Source of the DNA: Candidatus Versatilivorator sp.
Lineage (GTDB): Bacteria; Acidobacteriota; Terriglobia; Versatilivoradales; Versatilivoraceae
Assembly (NCBI GenBank): GCA_965262635.1
Contig: OZ253547.1
Location: 4,156,234 to 4,220,233 of the forward strand
DNA: 64,000 nt
Reading direction: 5' to 3'
Within the stretch, counting starts at the first letter, position 1; every line of letters begins with the position of its first letter. The notes beneath the pieces were generated by a model, which was not told the origin of the DNA, did no database searches, and worked only from the letters and a program-made list of their open reading frames with translations. Shown here in pieces: positions 48,138 through 57,520 of this stretch. The position numbers and the translations under genes were made by a program.

Positions 48138-48651
48138 TATTGATGTTCGTTGCCCGCAGGTCCTTCATGAGCAAGAACAGGTGATAGGGATCCGTGGGGC
48201 TCGGCTCGAACTCCAAGGCTTCGTACCAGCCGCGCGCCTCGTCGTCCTTGGCATGGACGAGAAGCGCCCGAATACCGGCGATGTCGGCGGCGGCGGCGGT
48301 TCTGAGCAGTGCGTCCTTGACGAGCGCCTTGCCCAGGCCTCGTGCTTGCCAGGTCAGGTCGACCGCGAGACGGGCGAGGAGCATCACGGGGATCGGGTGC
48401 CGGGCCAGCCCCTTGCCGCCTCGGAGAGGTGCGTCGGCATGTTCGACTGCTCCCGCCGCAAGGCTGTAGTAGGCGAGCACCGTCAATCCCCGGCAGGCGA
48501 CATAGGTCCGGGCACTGTCGGCCTTCTGGTTCGCCAGCGCGAAACGCTTCAGAAAACGATCGAGTGGCTCTTTCCCGCACTCGAAGGAATCGACATCGTG
48601 CGTTGCGTCGAGCTTCTCGACTGGAGACAACCCCTCCTGTCCCGGCGTCAC
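48124..48651 (-). CDS. GNAT-family acetyltransferase toxin (TacT/KacT-like)
   Basis: GNAT core (..VLAYYSLAAGAV..RLAVDLTWQARGLGKALVKDAL..). The GTG start overlaps the antitoxin stop (GTGA). Confidence 0.7.
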   Translation of the reverse strand: MTPGQEGLSPVEKLDATHDVDSFECGKEPLDRFLKRFALANQKADSARTYVACRGLTVLAYYSLAAGAVEHADAPLRGGKGLARHPIPVMLLARLAVDLTWQARGLGKALVKDALLRTAAAADIAGIRALLVHAKDDEARGWYEALEFEPSPTDPYHLFLLMKDLRATNINRGRC

Positions 48652-48924
48652 TCCAGCACGCTCTTCTCCGCAAGCAATCGAGTCAAGCGGGGCTTGTCGG
48701 CGACCGGACGGTCGAGGATAGCCTGGAAGGCCTGCCACTGGCGATCGTCGAGCCGGAAAATCCGCCGGTCGACCAGGGCGTCCTCAGCGGCGTTGATCCC
48801 TGCCTCGAGCAGAAACTCCGTGACGTTCTTGTGTGACGAGGCCGCAGCCCGCTGAAGCAACGCCTTCACGTTTGAGGTCGTCCGAACCTCAATGCGTTCC
48901 GACTTGTTTTCGGCGATGGCCATG
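48648..48924 (-). CDS. DUF1778-family antitoxin (TacA-like)
   Basis: MAIAENKSERIEVRTTSNVKALLQRAAASSHKNVTEFLLEAGINAAEDAL... is the typical RHH/DUF1778 sequence. Confidence 0.7.
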
Positions 48925-49516
48925 AATGTTCCTCCGATTGGATCCACAGACTTTCTGCCATACGGATAGTGTACGGACAAGAACGCATCGACAGGCACCC
49001 CACAGTGCCTCACATCCTCCTGACAGTCCACGGCACGGTGCCGACGATGTGGGCCCTCATCGGCCAGGCAGGCATAGGGCTCGCAGGCTAGGTTGGCGGA
49101 GATCAGCCGCAACCGAGGCGGGGCTCGTCGCCGCGCAATGTCTCGACGCTCTTGACCGCCAGGCTGCCGCCCACAGCACGGCCATCTCGCCGGTGCCCCG
49201 GCCCACTCATCTGGTCGTCACGCTCCCAGACAACGGCTGGAACCAGGCGATCCGTCGAGCGCGGAGATCGCAAAAAAAGTTGCGCGGAAAGTTTGCGCAC
49301 AACTCGTCTTCTCTATCCTTCTGATTTCAGATGGGTTACGCCTGCGATCGATCGGCCGCCGACTGAAAGTCGCCGCGCGCCGTGCTCGCCGAGGCCCGTA
49401 TTCATTGATTTTTTTTGGCACAGGGGGTTGCCGATCCCCTCTGTTCGCGCACAACACGCACAGCTACGGTGGTGGGAGTTCGTTTGCACAGTCAGCAGGG
49501 TGACGATGCCGCAACG

Positions 49517-49990
49517 ATGTTGAGATTTCCGACCGTCAAGGCCCGCACGGGTCTGTCGCGCAGCACGATCTATCTCCGCATCTCCCGCGGCACGTTTCCC
49601 GCCCCCGTGTCCCTCGGGGGCCGTGCAGTGGGCTGGATCGAGGCCGAGGTGAACGCCTGGCTCACCGCGCGGATCGCGCAACGCCGGCTGATCGCGGCCC
49701 GGGGAGCGGGGGCTCCAGGCAGCGTTTGCCGGCAAGCTCAAAGACCAGATCGAGCAGGGCGTGGCGTCGTGGCAGAAGCGGTGGAAGCCCGGCGAGCGCC
49801 GAGCGCGTCGGCGAAAGTGGTGGAGGCGGCGGGAGTCGAACCCGCGTCCGAAATTACTTGGCGAAAAGAATCTACGTGTGTATCCGGTTCCTTTTTGGTT
49901 TCGCCGCCCGACATTGAGAACCGGCAAGAGTGCCTGGCGACTAGACCGGTGAGTTTCACCGGCGGCCCCCGGACGTCTGCCACCGGCTAG
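49517..49990 (+). CDS. AlpA-family phage/island regulatory protein (excisionase-like HTH); only the first ~65 aa are conserved and the ORF has no stop before 49990
   Basis: MLRFPTVKARTGLSRSTIYLRISRGTFPAPVSLGGRAVGWIEAEVNAWLTAR matches AlpA. The C-terminal 90 aa are low-complexity and antisense to ssrA. Confidence 0.55.
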   Translation: MLRFPTVKARTGLSRSTIYLRISRGTFPAPVSLGGRAVGWIEAEVNAWLTARIAQRRLIAARGAGAPGSVCRQAQRPDRAGRGVVAEAVEARRAPSASAKVVEAAGVEPASEITWRKESTCVSGSFLVSPPDIENRQECLATRPVSFTGGPRTSATG

Positions 49991-50176
49991 CCTGTTAGTC
50001 GACGCTCCACATCCGCCGCACAGGTATCAGCGGAGGGAACGGCTACTTAAGTTTTTTTAAGCAGCAAGTGCCAATGGTTCATCAGCAGTTACATTTAGGT
50101 CCATCTTTTTAACGAGGGGATGGTCCTCGACACGCATCTTCAGCCTTGATAATCCCGTCGAAACCCTTTCGCCCCC
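49818..50176 (-). ncRNA. ssrA: tmRNA (ssrA)
   Basis: The minus strand reads 5'-GGGGGCGAAAGGGUUUCGACGGG...GGACGCGGGUUCGACUCCCGCCGCCUCCACCA-3'. The 5' GGGGGCG pairs with the 3' CGCCUCC to form a 7-bp acceptor stem. The T-arm is GGUUCGACUCC and the end is CCA. A tag-like frame ...ADEPLALAA-UAA lies ~90-120 nt from the 5' end. Confidence 0.75.
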
Positions 50177-50424
50177 AAGGAGATCAGCCCCACTGAAAAC
50201 TCGACAGCGGGTGAGGTAGAGCCATTATAGGCTGGGCACCAAGAGCCTGTCAAGCCGCCCACCTGCCACGTTAGTCTTTTTAAAATGAGGGGGATAGCCG
50301 TGGGACTGCGGGTCTTCATTCCCACCCCGGCACGCGGTGGGCCAACCCCGTAAACCGGACCCTGACCGAGCGGAAACGCCCGCCTCGGAAGGCGTCTTCA
50401 CCCGCGATCCGCCGGTGCGGTTCC

Positions 50425-51180
50425 CTACCCCGCCTCCATCCCCGCGAACAGGTCGGTCTCGGGCCTCGAACCGAGCGAAGGCCCCCAGGCCTGGCGGAAG
50501 GGTTCGCTCCAGAGCGCCCGTTCCGGATCGGGTCGATCGAACCAGATCCGATTGATGGAGAGGTGCTGGGTGCGGTGGGCCCGCAAGGCCTCGGCCTTTC
50601 GGGCCCACCAGGCCTGGACGTCCACCAGAAAATCCACTCCCGGCCGGTCGCCCAGCGCCGGTCCGGCCCCGATCTCTTCCGGCCGTAGCGGCGGCGTCCA
50701 CAGCAGCCGGGTCACCCGGTGGGGCTCGCCGACCTCCGGCAACCAGCGGGGGTCGGCCGCCGCGGCGATGGCGTCCGAGGTGAACCGGCTGATGGCGATA
50801 TGGTCGGGGTGCCGGTTGAACCCGCTGGGGTCGAAGGTGATGACCAGGGCCGGCCGGTAGCGACGCAGCAGCCGCACCAGTTGCCCGCGGATCCGCGCCG
50901 GATCGGCGTCACCCAACTTCTTGTCCCGGAATCCCAGCAGGTGGAGCGAGTCGATGCCCAGAAGATCCACCGCCCGGCGTAGCTCGCCTTCTCTTACCCG
51001 GGGCAGTTCTTCCCTCGAACAGACAGGAGGATCTCCCACCTTTCCGGCATCCCCCAGGGTAGCGGTGGCCAGCACCAGCCGGACTCCCCGGGCGCCGTAC
51101 TTGCAGGCCACGCCCGCCACCATGAAGCTCTCGTCGTCGGGATGGGCCAGGCTGAAGAGGATGGTGGGGCGATGTCCCAT
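50425..51180 (-). CDS. PIG-L/LmbE-family N-acetylglucosaminyl deacetylase
   Basis: AHPDDESF motif, HPDH motif. Confidence 0.8.
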   Translation of the reverse strand: MGHRPTILFSLAHPDDESFMVAGVACKYGARGVRLVLATATLGDAGKVGDPPVCSREELPRVREGELRRAVDLLGIDSLHLLGFRDKKLGDADPARIRGQLVRLLRRYRPALVITFDPSGFNRHPDHIAISRFTSDAIAAAADPRWLPEVGEPHRVTRLLWTPPLRPEEIGAGPALGDRPGVDFLVDVQAWWARKAEALRAHRTQHLSINRIWFDRPDPERALWSEPFRQAWGPSLGSRPETDLFAGMEAG

Positions 51181-51412
51181 AGAACGCCTCGTAGTCTATC
51201 AAAGACGGAGGACAACCCGGCATGCAAGGCCCTCCCCCTTGAGACTTCACTATTGCTGGAGCCGGCACCCTCGGATAGAGTAGCCCTTCTTGTCAGTGCG
51301 GTTCCGATCGGGCGATCAGGATCTTGCCGCAAGCGGCGGCGCTCCCGGCCTTGTATCCCGCTGCCGGGGCGTCCCTCTCGTTTCGTTGCCAGGCATAGGA
51401 GGCAATATTCTC

Positions 51413-52216
51413 ATGCTTAGACCGGTTTCTCTCATCTCGAACACCCTGATGCTGGTGCTCCTGGTCACAAGCTTGTTGGGCTCAACGACACGGGCCGATA
51501 CCGCCCCATCGAACGATACGAAAGCTCAAAAGGTCGCCGCCAAACTGATGGAAGCCCTGGGGGGACAGGAAAACTGGGACCGCGCTCGCTATCTCCGTTT
51601 TGACTTTGTGGTGAAGCGCGAGGGAAAGATCGTGTCAACGGTCAAACACCTCTGGGATCGTTACACTGGGCGATATCGCCTGGAAGGCAGGACCCAAGAC
51701 AAGGGGGACTACGTGGTCTTGTTCGAGGACATCAATGCGAAAAAGGGCCAGGCCTTTCGCAATGGCAAAGCCGTCCAGGGGGAGGACCACAAGAAGCTGA
51801 TCGATATGGGCTATGGCCGCTTCATCAACGACACCTACTGGCTGCTGATGCCCTTCAAGTGGAACGATCCGGGGGTTCACCTGAAGTACGAAGGAACTGC
51901 CAGCGGGGACGAGGGCACCTTGTGGGATAAAGTCCTTCTGACCTTTGACGACAACGTGGGTCTCACGCCCAAGGACCGCTACTGGGCTTACATCAACCAA
52001 AAGACGGGGCTGATGGATCGCTGGGAATACATTTTGAAAGGTGGAAAGGGTCCGGCGACCGGGGCCGACTGGGTCCGGTGGGAGAAGTTTGGAGGCATCC
52101 TGCTGTCTCAAGAAAAAGTCGTCCAGGGACGTTCCGTGCGCATTCTTTTTCACAACCTGCAGGTATCGTCAGCCACCGACGAAAATCCCTTCACTTCGCC
52201 GGAAGCACATCTGTAA
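51413..52216 (+). CDS. secreted hypothetical protein
   Basis: Signal peptide MLRPVSLISNTLMLVLLVTSLLGS; no domain call. Confidence 0.5.
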   Translation: MLRPVSLISNTLMLVLLVTSLLGSTTRADTAPSNDTKAQKVAAKLMEALGGQENWDRARYLRFDFVVKREGKIVSTVKHLWDRYTGRYRLEGRTQDKGDYVVLFEDINAKKGQAFRNGKAVQGEDHKKLIDMGYGRFINDTYWLLMPFKWNDPGVHLKYEGTASGDEGTLWDKVLLTFDDNVGLTPKDRYWAYINQKTGLMDRWEYILKGGKGPATGADWVRWEKFGGILLSQEKVVQGRSVRILFHNLQVSSATDENPFTSPEAHL

Positions 52217-52235
52217 TGGCCACCGGGAGCAGACC

Positions 52236-53396
52236 ATGCCCGACAAACCCCACCGGATGGAAACCGACCTGATCCATGCGGGCGAACCCAGGCCCCGCAT
52301 CGAAGGGGCGGTGACCCTGCCGATCTTCCAGTCATCCACCTTCGAGTTCGGGGGAGAGTCCGACTACGACCGCATCCGCTATCTGCGACTCAGCAACACC
52401 CCCAACCATGAGGCTCTTCACCAGAAGCTGGCGGCTCTGGAAGGGGGCGAGGCGGCCCTGGTGACCGCCAGCGGCATGGCGGCCATCGCCACCACGCTGC
52501 TGGCCTGCCTGGATGCCGGGGATCACCTGCTGGCTCAGGACTGCCTCTACGGAGGCACCCACGGGTTGATCACCCGGGAATTGGTGCGCCTGGGCTTGAG
52601 CTTCGACTTCATCCAGGGCGACGACCCCCAATCCTGGCGGCGGTCCCTGAAGCCCAACACCCGGGTCCTCTATCTGGAAGCCATCACCAATCCCCTGATG
52701 CAGGTGGCCGACCTGGAAGCCCTGGCCCGCTTCGCCCGGGAGCACGGCTTGATCTCGGTCATCGACAACACCTTCCCCACCCCGGTCAATTTTCGGCCCC
52801 TGGAATGGGGATTCGACCTGTCCCTGCACAGTGGCACCAAGTATCTGAATGGTCACTCCGACATCGTGGCCGGGGCCGTGATCGGCTCCCACGGGCACAT
52901 CCGCAAGATCCACCATACGCTGAACCACCTGGGCGGCTCGCTGGACTCCCACGCGGCCTTCCTGCTCCATCGAGGCATCAAGACCCTGGCGCTGCGGGTC
53001 GCGGCCCAGAATCGCAGCGCCCTCGAGCTGGCCCAGTTCCTGCAGACCCATCCTGCCGTGGCCCGGGTCAACTATCCGGGCTTGAAGGACCACCCCGACC
53101 ACCAGCGGGCCTCCCGTCTTTTCAGCGGCTTCGGCGGCATGCTGAGCTTCGAGTTGCACGGCGGAACCGAGGGGGCCGAGCGGTTCCTGAAGGCCCTGCG
53201 CCTTCCCGTCAACGCCCCCAGCCTGGGGGGCGTGGAATCGCTGGTCACCCGGCCGGCCTCCACCTCCCACGCCGGCCTTTCCCGGGAAGAGAGGCGACGT
53301 GCCGGGATCTCCGAGGGGCTGATCCGCCTGTCGGTCGGCCTGGAAGCTCCCGAAGACCTGATTCAGGACCTGGAATCGGCTCTCCAGGAAGCCTGA
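52236..53396 (+). CDS. Cys/Met-metabolism PLP-dependent enzyme (cystathionine beta-lyase / gamma-synthase / methionine gamma-lyase family)
   Basis: PLP-lysine motif SGTKYLNGHSD; the family fold is recognisable throughout. Confidence 0.85.
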   Translation: MPDKPHRMETDLIHAGEPRPRIEGAVTLPIFQSSTFEFGGESDYDRIRYLRLSNTPNHEALHQKLAALEGGEAALVTASGMAAIATTLLACLDAGDHLLAQDCLYGGTHGLITRELVRLGLSFDFIQGDDPQSWRRSLKPNTRVLYLEAITNPLMQVADLEALARFAREHGLISVIDNTFPTPVNFRPLEWGFDLSLHSGTKYLNGHSDIVAGAVIGSHGHIRKIHHTLNHLGGSLDSHAAFLLHRGIKTLALRVAAQNRSALELAQFLQTHPAVARVNYPGLKDHPDHQRASRLFSGFGGMLSFELHGGTEGAERFLKALRLPVNAPSLGGVESLVTRPASTSHAGLSREERRRAGISEGLIRLSVGLEAPEDLIQDLESALQEA

Positions 53397-53545
53397 GGGA
53401 ACCGCGGCTGTGGTAAGATCGGCGAATTGCCGAGGCGGCCGCGGATCGGCCGGCCGTGACCATTTCTGTGATCGGCCGTGGAGGAGATTGCCCGGGCAGC
53501 GCCGGAGCGACCGGACAGCGGCAGATCAGCCGCTCCCAGAGGAAA

Positions 53546-55828
53546 ATGGCAGCCATGAAGTCCAAGCGGCTGGAGGTCTCCAGCCGGCGCCCAGTCAATC
53601 AGGACAGCTTCATCCAGGAATGGCCGGAGACCGGGCTGATCCTGTTCAACAGCCCCTTCGATCCCAAACCCGGGATTCGGCTGTCCCAGGGCCGCCTCTG
53701 CGAACTGGACGGCAAGCCTGAAGCCGCATTCGACCTCATCGACCAATTTATCGCCCGCTACGCCATCGACTTGACCCGGGCCGAAGCAGCCATGGCGCTG
53801 GACTCCACCGAGCTGGCCCGCCGGCTGGTCGACATCGGCGTGCCCCGAGGGGAGCTGGTGCAGCTCTTCGGCGCTCTGACCCCCGCCAAGATCGTGGAGG
53901 TGGTCAACCGGCTCAATACCGTGGAAATGATGATGGCCCTGCAGAAGATGCGGGCCCGCCGGACCCCCTCTAACCAGGCCCACGTGACCAACCGCAAGGA
54001 AAATCCGGCCTTGCTGGCCGCCGACGCGGCCGAAGCGGTGGAGCGGGGCTTCTCCGAGCTGGAGACCACGGTCGGCGTCTCCCGCTACGCCCCCTTCAAC
54101 GCCCTGGCCCTGCTCATCGGTTCCCAGACCGGCCGGGGCACGGCCCTGACCCAGTGCGCCGTGGAGGAGGCCCTCAGCCTGAAGCTGGCCTTGCTGGGCC
54201 TGACCACCTACGCCGAGACCCTCTCCGTCTACGGCACCGAGAAGGCCTTCCGGGACGGCGACGACACCCCCTGGTCCAAGGCCTTTCTGGCCTCGGCCTA
54301 CGCCTCCCGCGGCATCAAGGTGCGGTTTACCTCGGGGACCGGATCGGAGGCGCTCATGGGCCATGCCGAAGCCAAGTCCATGCTGTATCTGGAAGCCCGG
54401 TGCTTGATGGCCATCAAGGGGGCCGGTTCCCAGGGAGTGCAAAACGGCTCCATCAGTTGCATCGCCCTGCCGGAGTCCCTGCCGGGCGGCGTCCGGGGAG
54501 TGCTGGCCGAAAACCTGATCGCGACCCTGCTGGACCTGGAGCTGGCCTCGGGCAACGACGCCCTGGCCTCCCATTCCTCCATCCGAAAATCGGCCAAGCT
54601 GATGCTGCAGTTTCTCCCCGGAACCGACTACATCTTCTCCGGGTACAGCTCCATGCCCAAGGAAGACAATCTCTTCGGCGGCGGCAACTTCGATGCCCAC
54701 GACCTGGACGACTACAACGTCCTGCAGCGGGACATGCAGGTCGACGGCGGGCTGCGGCCCGTCAGCGACGAAGCCGTCTTGAGGGTGCGCCACCGAGCCG
54801 CCCAAGCCGTGCAGGCCGTCTTCCGGCAGCTTGAACTCCCGCCGGTGAGCCACGCCGAGGTCGAGGCCGCCACCCGGGCGGAAAACAGCGAGGACATGCC
54901 GGAGCGGGATGTGGCGGGCGACCTGGAGGCCGCCGGCCGTTTTCTGGAGGAAGGCAGGAGCGGACTGGACGTGATCCGCGCCCTGGCCCGGGAGGGGTTT
55001 GGCGATATCGCCCAAAAAATTCTGGCGATCCAGAAACTGAGGCTTTCCGGAGATCACCTGCAGACCTCGGCCATGGTGCTCCCCGGACCCAGAGTGGTCA
55101 GCGCCATTAACGATCCCAACGACTATCGGGGGCCCGGGACCGGCTACAGCCTCAGCCCCGAACGCCGGCAGGAGATCGCTTCGCTCAACCAGGCCCTGGA
55201 TCCGCGGGAAATCGGGCGGGAACCCTCCGCCCAATCCGCCGGCTTCCTCAGAGAGACCGGAGAGGCCCACGCCGGAACGGATCCGAGGGAGATCGTCATT
55301 GCCCTGGGGCCCGCTTTCGGTACCGCGCTTCGATCCACCCTGTTGGGCATCCCCCACCGGGAGGTGCTGCAGGCTCTGATCGACGGCATCCGCATGGAGG
55401 GCTTGCGGCCCAGAGTGGTGAAGATCTACGCCACCTCCGATTGCGGCTTCATCGGCCACCGGGGGGCTCAATTGAGCGGCTCGGGGATCAGCATCGGCAT
55501 CCAGTCCAAGGGGACTACCATCATTCACCAGCGCGACCTGGAGCCCTTGAACAACCTCGAGCTGTTCCCCCAGGCTCCCAACCTCGACTTGAATTCCTAC
55601 CGGACCATTGGCCGGAACGCCGCCAAGTACGCCAAGAAAGAGCCGGTGACGCCCGTCCCGACCAGGATCGACAACACGGCCCGGCTCAAGTACATCGTCA
55701 AGACCACGATCCTCCACCTCCACGAAACCCGGCAAGTGGTGAAGGACCGCAAACCGCAGGAACTGGACTGGAGCCCGATTCAGGCTGCCGCCGGGTCCGG
55801 CCCGGTGGAAAAGGTGGTGCGGGCCTGA
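53546..55828 (+). CDS. coenzyme B12-dependent diol/glycerol dehydratase, fused large (PduC/DhaB1-like) + medium (PduD/DhaB2-like) subunit
   Basis: The N-terminal 550 aa are collinear with PduC (..RPVNQDSF..DPKPGIRL..HVTNRKENP..MPERDVAGDLEAAGRF..). After the junction ..ALDPREIGREPSAQSAGFLRETGEAHAGTDPREIVIALGPAFG.. it continues as PduD (SGSGISIGIQSKGTTIIHQ...LELFPQAPNL...) in one ORF. Confidence 0.85.
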   Translation: MAAMKSKRLEVSSRRPVNQDSFIQEWPETGLILFNSPFDPKPGIRLSQGRLCELDGKPEAAFDLIDQFIARYAIDLTRAEAAMALDSTELARRLVDIGVPRGELVQLFGALTPAKIVEVVNRLNTVEMMMALQKMRARRTPSNQAHVTNRKENPALLAADAAEAVERGFSELETTVGVSRYAPFNALALLIGSQTGRGTALTQCAVEEALSLKLALLGLTTYAETLSVYGTEKAFRDGDDTPWSKAFLASAYASRGIKVRFTSGTGSEALMGHAEAKSMLYLEARCLMAIKGAGSQGVQNGSISCIALPESLPGGVRGVLAENLIATLLDLELASGNDALASHSSIRKSAKLMLQFLPGTDYIFSGYSSMPKEDNLFGGGNFDAHDLDDYNVLQRDMQVDGGLRPVSDEAVLRVRHRAAQAVQAVFRQLELPPVSHAEVEAATRAENSEDMPERDVAGDLEAAGRFLEEGRSGLDVIRALAREGFGDIAQKILAIQKLRLSGDHLQTSAMVLPGPRVVSAINDPNDYRGPGTGYSLSPERRQEIASLNQALDPREIGREPSAQSAGFLRETGEAHAGTDPREIVIALGPAFGTALRSTLLGIPHREVLQALIDGIRMEGLRPRVVKIYATSDCGFIGHRGAQLSGSGISIGIQSKGTTIIHQRDLEPLNNLELFPQAPNLDLNSYRTIGRNAAKYAKKEPVTPVPTRIDNTARLKYIVKTTILHLHETRQVVKDRKPQELDWSPIQAAAGSGPVEKVVRA

Positions 55829-55886
55829 TCGCCGCGCCGGGGCACTCAAGTTCTGTTCCGTCCAGGCTCCGTGCGGCAAGACAACC

Positions 55887-56279
55887 ATGAGCAAGGTCAC
55901 CGACAACTATCCGCTGTCTGAAAAGAGGCCCGACCGGCTGACCACTCCCACGGGCGTGTCGTGGAAGGATATCGACCTGCAGTCGGTCCTGGACGGCACC
56001 CTGCGCATGAGCGATCTGCGAATCGCTCCCGAAACCCTGGAGCTTCAGGCCCAAATCGCCGAAAGCGCCGGCAGGCGCCAACTGGCGGAAAACCTGAGAC
56101 GGGCGGGCGAGCTGGTGAAGGTTCCGGAGACCAAGATCCTGGAGGTCTACCAGGCCCTGAGACCCGGCCGCAGCACCCGAAGCCAGCTTGAAGGATTGGC
56201 CGGCGAGCTGGAATCGGAGTACCGGGCCTGCCGGTGCGCCCGCTTCCTGCGGGAAGCCGCTCAGGCCTACCACTCCTGA
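55887..56279 (+). CDS. diol/glycerol dehydratase small (gamma, PduE/DhaB3-like) subunit
   Basis: ..RIAPETLELQAQIAESAGRRQLAENLRRAGELVKVPETKILEVYQALRPGRST.. resembles PduE. Confidence 0.8.
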   Translation: MSKVTDNYPLSEKRPDRLTTPTGVSWKDIDLQSVLDGTLRMSDLRIAPETLELQAQIAESAGRRQLAENLRRAGELVKVPETKILEVYQALRPGRSTRSQLEGLAGELESEYRACRCARFLREAAQAYHS

Positions 56280-56332
56280 GTCCGCCGGCCGACCTGTTCC
56301 GTTGTTCCCACTGAACCCATCGAGAGAGGATC

Positions 56333-57520
56333 ATGACCCACCACACCTTGCGACGTTCCCCCCTGGCACCGGCCGGCGGCTCGACGGCCGGCCTTTTGAG
56401 CCGGCTGGACTCGGGCGAGCCCGTCCACCTGGACCAGCTGCCCACGCCCTGCCTGCTTCTGGATATGGATCTGTTCGAGGCCAACCTCGACAAGATGAGC
56501 CGGAACGCCAAGCGTCACTCCATCGGGCTGCGGCCTCACGCCAAGACCCACAAGTGCCCCGAAATTGCCCGGCGGCAGGTCGAGGCGGGTGCGCTGGGCG
56601 CCTGCACCGCCACCATCCACGAAGCCGAGGTGCTGGCGGCGGGAGGCATCCGCGGCCTGCTGATCACCTCAGAGATGGTGGGGCGCAACAAGATGGAGCG
56701 GCTGGTGGCGCTGACCCAAAGGCAGCCCGACACCCTGTCGGTGGTTGACGACCTCGCCCACGCACGGCAGCTCAACGACGCGGCGGAGGCGGCGGACGTC
56801 CGGCTCAACCTGCTGGTCGACATCGACCCCATGGGACGCCGGACAGGGACAACGGCCGGAGATCCGGCCATGGCTCTGGCGGAGGGGATCCTGAAGCTGT
56901 CCAAGCTGAACCTTCGCGGGGTGCATTCCTACTCCGGGGCCAGCTCCCACGTGGTCGGATTCGCCGAGCGCAAGGCCCATTCCGAAGAGGTGATGGCCCC
57001 TCCCATAGAAACCTATCAACGGATGAAAAAGGCGGGAATGCCGGTCGAGATTCTCACCGGGGCCAGCACCGGCACCTACAACATCGACCCCTTTCTGGAG
57101 GAAATCACCGAGCTGCAGGTCGGGTCCTACATCTTCATGGACGTCGATTACCAGATCATCGGGGGGGAAGGCGGGGATCTCTACGACGATTTCGGCCCCG
57201 CCCTGACCGTGCTGACCACCGTCATGAGCAAGCGCCACCGGGACCTGGCCACCCTGGACGCCGGCATGAAGGCCTTTGCCACCGACCGGGAGTCGGTACC
57301 CGAAGTCAAGGGCATCAGCGGCACCGAATATCAATTTGGCGGCGACGAGCACGGGATGCTCAACCTGCCCAACCCCAGCCGGGAGATCAAGCTGGGGGAC
57401 CGGCTGGAGTTTGTGGTGCCCCACTGCGATCCCACCGTCAACCTCTATAACTACCTTTACTGCCGCCGGGGAGAGCAGGTGGAAGGCTACTGGCCGGTGG
57501 CCGGCCGCGGGCACTCGTAG
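56333..57520 (+). CDS. DSD1/alanine-racemase-N-domain family PLP enzyme (D-serine dehydratase / D-threonine aldolase-like)
   Basis: LPTPCLLLDMDLFEANLDKM, PHAKTHKCPEIA (PLP Lys), metal-binding His/Cys C-terminal region. Confidence 0.75.
   Translation: MTHHTLRRSPLAPAGGSTAGLLSRLDSGEPVHLDQLPTPCLLLDMDLFEANLDKMSRNAKRHSIGLRPHAKTHKCPEIARRQVEAGALGACTATIHEAEVLAAGGIRGLLITSEMVGRNKMERLVALTQRQPDTLSVVDDLAHARQLNDAAEAADVRLNLLVDIDPMGRRTGTTAGDPAMALAEGILKLSKLNLRGVHSYSGASSHVVGFAERKAHSEEVMAPPIETYQRMKKAGMPVEILTGASTGTYNIDPFLEEITELQVGSYIFMDVDYQIIGGEGGDLYDDFGPALTVLTTVMSKRHRDLATLDAGMKAFATDRESVPEVKGISGTEYQFGGDEHGMLNLPNPSREIKLGDRLEFVVPHCDPTVNLYNYLYCRRGEQVEGYWPVAGRGHS

Noticed and set aside
50176-50191. Alternative tmRNA 5' end at GGGGCUGAUCUCC (50191)
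   Set aside because: The acceptor stem pairs better (7 bp) when the 5' end is the downstream GGGGGCG at 50176. The exact end is uncertain by about 15 nt.
53363-55906. 847-aa ORF on the minus strand
   Set aside because: It is antisense to the PduC/PduD-homologous + strand ORF and has Gly/Arg/Pro-rich low-complexity translation typical of high-GC antisense frames.
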